This document shows, one piece after another, positions 58,339 to 64,000 of a stretch of 64,000 bases of DNA. A model generated the notes under the pieces. That model did no database searches. It worked only from the letters and a program-made list of their open reading frames with translations, and was not told the origin of the DNA. Origin of the DNA: an uncultured Verrucomicrobiae bacterium. Its GTDB lineage: Bacteria; Verrucomicrobiota; Verrucomicrobiia; Chthoniobacterales; UBA10450. Numbering within the stretch: the first letter of the stretch is position 1; each line of letters opens with the position of its first letter. The stretch lies in assembly GCA_963834385.1 (NCBI GenBank), contig CAWIBO010000002.1:448001-512000 (forward strand). Direction: 5' to 3'. Made by a program: the position numbers and the translations under genes.

Positions 58339-59703
58339 ATGACCAGACTTTGCCTTTTTCTCCTGTTCGCTTTTGGCGCCTCGATTGAGGCCCAGGAACA
58401 TTCCCACGCCGGCGACCGGCACGAGCATCAGACCGGTTCGCCGCATGCGCATGAGGCCGGGGAACCCCACCAGCACCACGAAACGGCCGCCGTTGTTCCC
58501 GCGAGCAACAACGAGGCCTGGGGCATTGTGCATGCCTCGCTCTCCGAAATTCAGTCGGCAGTCGATGCGCGCACCCTGGGCGCGGTGGTTCATGCCGCGG
58601 AGGAAAGGCTGAGCGCCGCCCTCCGCTATCTGCAGACCCATAGCCCGACGGTGACCGGCGACAAAGCGAAGCGCCTCGAGGCGGCCCTGCGCCAGGCCCT
58701 TTCCATCGCCACCGCCGTGCACGCCGCTTCCGATGCGAACGATCACCCGCGCACCGCCGCGGAATTGTCCAAGCTCAACGCGGCCATCAAGCTCGTCGCG
58801 GCGCAGTATGCTGCCGCGGAGATGCAGCCCCCGGCGGGGTTCGTGGTCTATGTCTGCGACATGAAGGACTTCATCGGCGAGCAGCCGGGTGATTGTCCGA
58901 AATGCGGCATGCTCCTCAAGCCGCGGCTGCGCAGTGTGACGGAATCCGGCGTCGTCCATGGTCCCGTCGCCCCCACGCTCGAAATGAGTGCCATCGCTGA
59001 CAGCCCGCCGGCACCGGGGAAAAAGGTCAAAGTGACTTTGACCCTGAAGGACAAGGCTGGGAAACCGGTCACGCCCGCGGATCTGGTCGAGGCGCATACG
59101 GAGAAACTTCACCTCCTTATCATTGACCGAAGCCTGCTCGATTATCACCACGAGCATCCCCGGCCCACCAGCGTGCCGGGCGAGTTTGTCTTCGAGTTTA
59201 CGCCGAGGAAACCGGGACCGTATCGTCTCTGGGCCGATGTCCTCCCGGGCGCGACTAATCGCCAGGAATATGTCCGGACAGATCTTTCCGTTGCCGGTTC
59301 CCCCGGGGCTGTCACGGCCCGCGAGGTAACAATGAAAACAACCATCGAGGGCCTGGAATACAGTCTCACCTTCGACAAGCCGCCGCAGGTTGGGGTGGCC
59401 TCCACCGGGGTCCTGACGATCAAGACCGCCGAGGGCCAGGTCTTCGCCGCGCTCGAGCCGATCATGGGCACGTTCGCGCACCTCGTCGGATTCACGGAGG
59501 ACAATGAATCAATCGCGCACATCCACCCGATGGGTCCCGAACCGACCCAGCCGACCGACCGCGGCCAGGGCGAACTAAAGTTCCATCTCCAGCCCGATAA
59601 ACCCGGTTTGCTCCGCCTTTTTGCCCAGGTCCAAATCGGCGGGGAGAGCAAATTCGCCCCGTTTACCCTGCAGGTGCAACCGGGGCCGGGCGCCACCCCC
59701 TAG
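58339..59703 (+). CDS. Exported multi-domain heavy-metal-binding protein
   Basis: Signal peptide, His-rich tail, helical bundle, YVCDM...PGDCPKCGM, two beta domains with H..KLH...HHEHP and AHLV...AHIHP. Confidence 0.85.
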   Translation: MTRLCLFLLFAFGASIEAQEHSHAGDRHEHQTGSPHAHEAGEPHQHHETAAVVPASNNEAWGIVHASLSEIQSAVDARTLGAVVHAAEERLSAALRYLQTHSPTVTGDKAKRLEAALRQALSIATAVHAASDANDHPRTAAELSKLNAAIKLVAAQYAAAEMQPPAGFVVYVCDMKDFIGEQPGDCPKCGMLLKPRLRSVTESGVVHGPVAPTLEMSAIADSPPAPGKKVKVTLTLKDKAGKPVTPADLVEAHTEKLHLLIIDRSLLDYHHEHPRPTSVPGEFVFEFTPRKPGPYRLWADVLPGATNRQEYVRTDLSVAGSPGAVTAREVTMKTTIEGLEYSLTFDKPPQVGVASTGVLTIKTAEGQVFAALEPIMGTFAHLVGFTEDNESIAHIHPMGPEPTQPTDRGQGELKFHLQPDKPGLLRLFAQVQIGGESKFAPFTLQVQPGPGATP

Positions 59704-59749
59704 GCCACCCGTCCGTTCGGCGGGCGCCGTCCGAATCAACGGGGAACCC

Positions 59750-59956
59750 ATGAAGCGAAAAGGCTACTCTGCTCTTCCACTCGCCGTCGGGCGCACCTCG
59801 CAAGGGTTTGCCCGGACGGGCCGATTCGTCTTTCGCCCGCACACGCCTCCCGCCGAACCGGAGACCGGCCGGTTGGCGCGCCTTCTTTCCGAGCTCAAAG
59901 ACGCCAGGGATTCCTTCCAGCCGTTTTTCGCCCTGCGCCGCCCGCGCTCTTCCTGA
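59750..59956 (+). CDS. Possible 68-aa basic small protein
   Basis: ATG after GGGGAA, fills the gap before tRNA-Arg; no family recognised. Confidence 0.3.
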   Translation: MKRKGYSALPLAVGRTSQGFARTGRFVFRPHTPPAEPETGRLARLLSELKDARDSFQPFFALRRPRSS

Positions 59957-60026
59957 GCAGGCGCGCACCGGGCCGCTTCTTGCATTCCCGCCTCGGCCTT
60001 CGACATTCCCGTCGCCTGGCCGACGG

Positions 60027-60100
60027 GTGTCTGTAGCTCAACCGGATAGAGCAGCTGACTTCGGATCAGCAGGTTGGGGGTTCGAATCCCTCCAGGCACG
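60027..60100 (+). tRNA. tRNA-Arg(UCG); CCA not encoded
   Basis: Acceptor GTGTCTG/CAGGCAC, anticodon arm GCTGA-CTTCGGA-TCAGC, T-loop GGTTCGAAT. Confidence 0.93.
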
Positions 60101-60105
60101 CACCT

Positions 60106-61353
60106 TCACTCTGATTTCAGGTGCGAGATCGGCATAATGCCCTCTTTTCGGGCCTCGTCGATCTCGGTGATTTGGTGCTGCGGATCGTTTTCTCCCTCAA
60201 ATTTTTCCGCGTTCTCGGCCAGGTTCGCCGTCCCGGCCTGAAGGGCGGCCGCGAACGATTTCCAGCCGGCGCCCTGCGCCACCTTTGGGTCGAGCGTCTT
60301 TTCAAAGTCCCGGAGCGCTTCCACTTCCATTGATGCCTTCTCGTCGAGCCGCGCCCCGATGATGGTCGTTTCCAGGGCAAGCCGGTCCCCTTCTTTCCCG
60401 TTCAGATAAAAGCCCATGTACATATGGCCCGGGACCGTGACCAGAAAAGTGCGGAGGCCGATCTTGCGCAGGACCGAGGCGAGCAGGACGCTGCCGTCAA
60501 CGCAGTTGGCCTGCTCGTTCGCCAGCGATTCGTCCACAAACCGGACATGCTGGCTGTAAACCAGCTCTGACGCGCCGGCCGTGGTGGTGATGCTGCTGTA
60601 CTTGATTCCCCGGTTCTGCAGCGCCGTCCAGACGGCCAGCACCTCGCGCAGGACATTGGCCTCATCGCCCTGGTAACCGCCAAAACTGTTCACGATCTTC
60701 GTGGCGAGCGCCTCCTTCAGGATCTTGTCCACGATCGGGCTGCTTTCATTGACATAAGCGGCAAACATCCACCCGAGATCGGTGTAACCGGCCGCTTCCT
60801 CCTCGTTGGCCTCCTCCGTCTCGCCCTCCTCCTCCTCGTCGGTTTCCTCAATCGTCTCCTCCGAATCGGCCACGCCAAACGGACAATCGTTCACCGAGCG
60901 GACCGTGATCGTGTGCGACTTTTCCCCAAGCTCCTCGCCGTCCGCGGTGACGCGAAAGGTGATGTCCAGCGGGACCTGCTGATGCACTTTGCGCAGCTGG
61001 TCGAACTTGTAGGAAATGCGAGGCGCCACGTAATATTCCGTCCCGCCGGTCGGCAGCACGCCGCGCCAGCTGCTCTGGTTCATGAGCGCGTTCTCTTTCA
61101 GGGTCACAGTGATCTCCGCGTCATCCTCGGGCGCGGTTATGGAAATGCCAGCCGCGGCATAGGCATCTCCGAGAACCTCCGGATTCTCTTCCTCCTCCTC
61201 GTCATCGCCCGGCCGCACCGTCGCCGTGGCGATGATCAGCGAGGGGAAAAGCTGGCCGTCCATGTTGGCGTCGGGCGACCACTCAACCTCCTCCGCTCGC
61301 AATCCGCCTGTCGTCGCCGCCATCATTAAAACCAATGAAACAATTTTCTGCAT
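60106..61353 (-). CDS. Exported acidic protein with a transglutaminase-like Cys protease core
   Basis: Signal peptide, ANCVDGSVLLAS, VPGHMY, LETT. Confidence 0.7.
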   Translation of the reverse strand: MQKIVSLVLMMAATTGGLRAEEVEWSPDANMDGQLFPSLIIATATVRPGDDEEEEENPEVLGDAYAAAGISITAPEDDAEITVTLKENALMNQSSWRGVLPTGGTEYYVAPRISYKFDQLRKVHQQVPLDITFRVTADGEELGEKSHTITVRSVNDCPFGVADSEETIEETDEEEEGETEEANEEEAAGYTDLGWMFAAYVNESSPIVDKILKEALATKIVNSFGGYQGDEANVLREVLAVWTALQNRGIKYSSITTTAGASELVYSQHVRFVDESLANEQANCVDGSVLLASVLRKIGLRTFLVTVPGHMYMGFYLNGKEGDRLALETTIIGARLDEKASMEVEALRDFEKTLDPKVAQGAGWKSFAAALQAGTANLAENAEKFEGENDPQHQITEIDEARKEGIMPISHLKSE

Positions 61354-61440
61354 CGCGGTCGGACTTTGTCAGGCCGGCGGGAAACGGCAAGCCGCGTGTT
61401 TGCGCCTCCGTCTCATCTCGCGACATTGGGCGCCCTCCCG

Positions 61441-63306
61441 ATGCTGACCATTTCTCAAGTAACGAAAAGTTTCGGCGGCCGCGTCCTTTTCGAGGAAGCG
61501 TCGCTCCAGGTGAACCTGGGCGACCGCATTGGCCTCGTCGGACCGAACGGCGCGGGCAAATCGACCCTCTTTTCGCTGATCCTCGGGGAGGCCTCTCCCG
61601 ACCTCGGGAAAATCAGCGTGGAGAAGTCGGCCACGGTTGGGTTCCTGCCGCAGGAGAACGCACCCGCGGGCGAGGAAACCGTCCTGCAACTGGCCTGCCG
61701 CGAGGCGCCGGAACATTCGCCCTGGGAAACCGAGCCAAAGGCCAAACGGATCCTGGCCGGCCTGGCTTTTCGTGAGAACGATTTCAACCGGGCGGCCCGG
61801 ACCATGAGCGGCGGCTGGATCATGCGCGCGCACCTGGCCCGCCTCCTCGTCCAGGAACCGGACCTGCTCCTGCTCGATGAGCCGACCAATCACCTCGACC
61901 TTGATTCGCTCGGCTGGTTTCAGAATTACCTGAAGAATTATCCCGGCGCGATCCTGATGATCTCGCACGATCGCGAGTTCCTGAACCAGCTCGTCGGTTC
62001 CATCGTGGAGATCGCGCATCGGCGGTTTCAGCGCTACCGCGGGAACTGGGACAGCTATCTCGAGCAGAAGGCCGCGCGGGAGGAACAGCACCTGGCCGCC
62101 TACAAAAACCAGCAGCGCGAGATCGCCTCGCTCCAGGCCTTTGCCGACCGTTTCCGGGCCAAGGCGAGCAAGGCCTCGCAGGCCCAGAGCAAGCTCAAGC
62201 AGATCGAGCGGATGGATAAAATCGAGGCGCCGGTCGCGCGCGAGAAAACAGTCAGTTTCCGTTTTCCCCAGCCGCCGCGGAGCGGGCAGCGCGTGGTCCG
62301 GCTGGAGGAAATCGATTTTTCCTATGGCGATCTGGTGGTTTACCGCGGGCTGAACTTCGTGGCCGAGCGGGGAGAGCGGACCGTCCTGGTCGGACCGAAC
62401 GGCGCCGGCAAATCGACCCTGCTCAAGTTGCTGGCCGGCCTGCTGCCGCCGGCGCGCGGCCAGCGCGAGCTCGGGCACAATGTGAAGGTCGGCTATTTCT
62501 CGCAGCACCGGGCGGAGATGTTCGATTCGCGGCAGACGGTGCTCGATGCTGTGCGCGACATGCCCAACCCGGTCTCGGAACAGGTGGCCCGGACCGTTCT
62601 CGGTTCCTTTCTTTTCCGCGGCGACGACGTCTTCAAGCCGATCGGCGTCCTGAGCGGCGGCGAGAAGACGCGCGTGGCCCTGGTGAAACTGCTCCTCGAC
62701 CCGCCAAACCTGCTCCTGATGGACGAACCGACCACCCATCTCGACATCGGCAGCATCGACGCCCTCGTCGGGGCGCTCAGCCAGTATGAAGGGACGCTCG
62801 TTTTCATCAGCCACGACGTTTATTTCATCCGCGCCATTGCCCGCAGCGTTCTGCACATCAGCGCGGGCGAGCTCACGCCTTACGCGGGCGATTACGACTA
62901 CTATCTTGATAAAACCCGGGCCACCTCCGCCCGGGCCGCGCTGACCAGCGGCGAGACCTTGCAGAACCTGCAGCCGGAAGCCGCGGCTTCCGCAGGGGCA
63001 GACCGAAAACCGGCTATGGGTTTGCGCGAGATCCGCGAGCAACGCCGGGCCGAGGCGGAGCAGCGCAAAGCCGAGGCGAAGGCAAAACGCGACCACGCCC
63101 GCAAAGTGCAGGAGCTCGAGATGCATATTCTTTCGCTGGAAGGCCGGCAGAAGGAACTGGCCGCCGAACTGGAAAAACCGGAGACCTACGAGGCCGGCGG
63201 CAATGCCATCCAGCTCAACCGCGAACTTTCCGCGGTGAAAGAGGAGATGGAACGCGTGACGCGCGAGTGGGAAGCGCTCGCCGCCGCGGGCGAGCCCTCC
63301 GCCTGA
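61441..63306 (+). CDS. ABC-F family ATPase (YheS/Uup-like)
   Basis: Two GPNGAGKST NBDs, DEPTNHLD, no TM domain, C-terminal coiled coil. Confidence 0.95.
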   Translation: MLTISQVTKSFGGRVLFEEASLQVNLGDRIGLVGPNGAGKSTLFSLILGEASPDLGKISVEKSATVGFLPQENAPAGEETVLQLACREAPEHSPWETEPKAKRILAGLAFRENDFNRAARTMSGGWIMRAHLARLLVQEPDLLLLDEPTNHLDLDSLGWFQNYLKNYPGAILMISHDREFLNQLVGSIVEIAHRRFQRYRGNWDSYLEQKAAREEQHLAAYKNQQREIASLQAFADRFRAKASKASQAQSKLKQIERMDKIEAPVAREKTVSFRFPQPPRSGQRVVRLEEIDFSYGDLVVYRGLNFVAERGERTVLVGPNGAGKSTLLKLLAGLLPPARGQRELGHNVKVGYFSQHRAEMFDSRQTVLDAVRDMPNPVSEQVARTVLGSFLFRGDDVFKPIGVLSGGEKTRVALVKLLLDPPNLLLMDEPTTHLDIGSIDALVGALSQYEGTLVFISHDVYFIRAIARSVLHISAGELTPYAGDYDYYLDKTRATSARAALTSGETLQNLQPEAAASAGADRKPAMGLREIREQRRAEAEQRKAEAKAKRDHARKVQELEMHILSLEGRQKELAAELEKPETYEAGGNAIQLNRELSAVKEEMERVTREWEALAAAGEPSA

Positions 63307-63355
63307 CGCGCCGGGCTGTTGTGCAGGGCGCCGCCGATGGCGATGTTAAGCGGCC

Positions 63356-64000
63356 ATGTTGAGCGACGCCCAGAGACGGACCCTGCAGGCGGCCGATTGC
63401 GACGTTTCCTTTGATAACCTGACCCGCCAGCTCTACGCCACGGACGCCTCGATCTACCAGATCGAACCCGGCGGCGTCGCCTTCCCACGCAGCGCCGGGC
63501 AGGCTGCCTCCGTCATCACGGCCGCTGCCGAAGCCGGGGTGCCGGTGATTCCGCGCGGGGCCGGCAGCGGACTGGCCGGCGGCGCGATCGGCGAAGGGCT
63601 CGTGGTGGAGTTTTCGCGGTTCAACCGCGGCATCAGCGGGCTCGACCTCGAGAAACGGACCGTGCGCGTCGAGCCGGGCGTGGTCCTCGACCAGTTGAAC
63701 GGTTTTCTCCGGCCGCATGGGTTCGCCTTCGGGCCCGATGTCGCGACCAGCTCGCGCGCGACCCTGGCCGGGATGATCGCGAACGATTCCTCCGGGGCCC
63801 GCTGCCCGATCTATGGAACCACCTCCGACCACGTGGTCTCGGTGGAACTTGTCCTCGGGGACGGCCGCGTGCTCCAGGTGGGCGAAGGACACGATGGCCT
63901 CGCCGAACAGCGGGAGCGCCTGGCCGGCCTCGTCGCCCGGCACCAGGACGAAATCGCGCGACGTATGCCGCCCGGGATGAAGAAACACTGGACGGGTTAC
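63356..64000 (+). CDS. FAD-linked oxidase (YdiJ / D-lactate dehydrogenase-like), truncated at the window edge
   Basis: Manual translation: LYATDASIYQIEP...PRGAGSGLAG...VEPGVVLDQLN...GPDVATSSRAT. Confidence 0.9.
   Translation, partial: MLSDAQRRTLQAADCDVSFDNLTRQLYATDASIYQIEPGGVAFPRSAGQAASVITAAAEAGVPVIPRGAGSGLAGGAIGEGLVVEFSRFNRGISGLDLEKRTVRVEPGVVLDQLNGFLRPHGFAFGPDVATSSRATLAGMIANDSSGARCPIYGTTSDHVVSVELVLGDGRVLQVGEGHDGLAEQRERLAGLVARHQDEIARRMPPGMKKHWTGY

Noticed and set aside
59703..59710. GGCCACCC matching the tRNA-His 3' end, as a possible attR bounding the metal locus
   Set aside because: Only 8 bp of GC-rich sequence that also occurs elsewhere (e.g. 24431); no integrase and no evident compositional shift.

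Overview
High-GC bacterial chromosome segment, most likely Verrucomicrobiota (Chthoniobacterales/Spartobacteria-like), judged from the PVC signature small basic protein, the tandem 'RLxNxSTR' C-terminal domains on secreted proteins and an LpxL-WaaF fusion. It is mostly housekeeping: LPS/glycan genes, ybbP/ybbA/tesA, dsbD, ltaE, putA, rsmI, rplU-rpmA-adk, fmt-pyrH-frr, proS, rplM-rpsI, rnpB, acnA, tRNA-His and tRNA-Arg(UCG). About nine single-base frameshifts, including in adk and fmt, point to assembly indel errors rather than gene decay. The most interesting items are: (1) a cnrYXH-CBA-like Ni/Co sensing and efflux locus between the two tRNAs, with three exactly spaced GAGGG-N15-TCGTT ECF promoters and a periplasmic adaptor that appears to lack the alpha-hairpin and carries a C-terminal His-rich membrane anchor; (2) a matrixin / TIMP-like protein / matrixin cluster; (3) sigma54-type, near-leaderless promoters, two of which share an identical 13-bp box in opposite orientations; (4) an uncharacterised five-gene wHTH / paired membrane protein / diiron operon with two CTTTGT-N3-ACAAAG operators; (5) an RNase P RNA with an extra 49-nt helix. 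No CRISPR array, integrase or transposase was seen. All family assignments come from motif recognition by eye; no searches were run.
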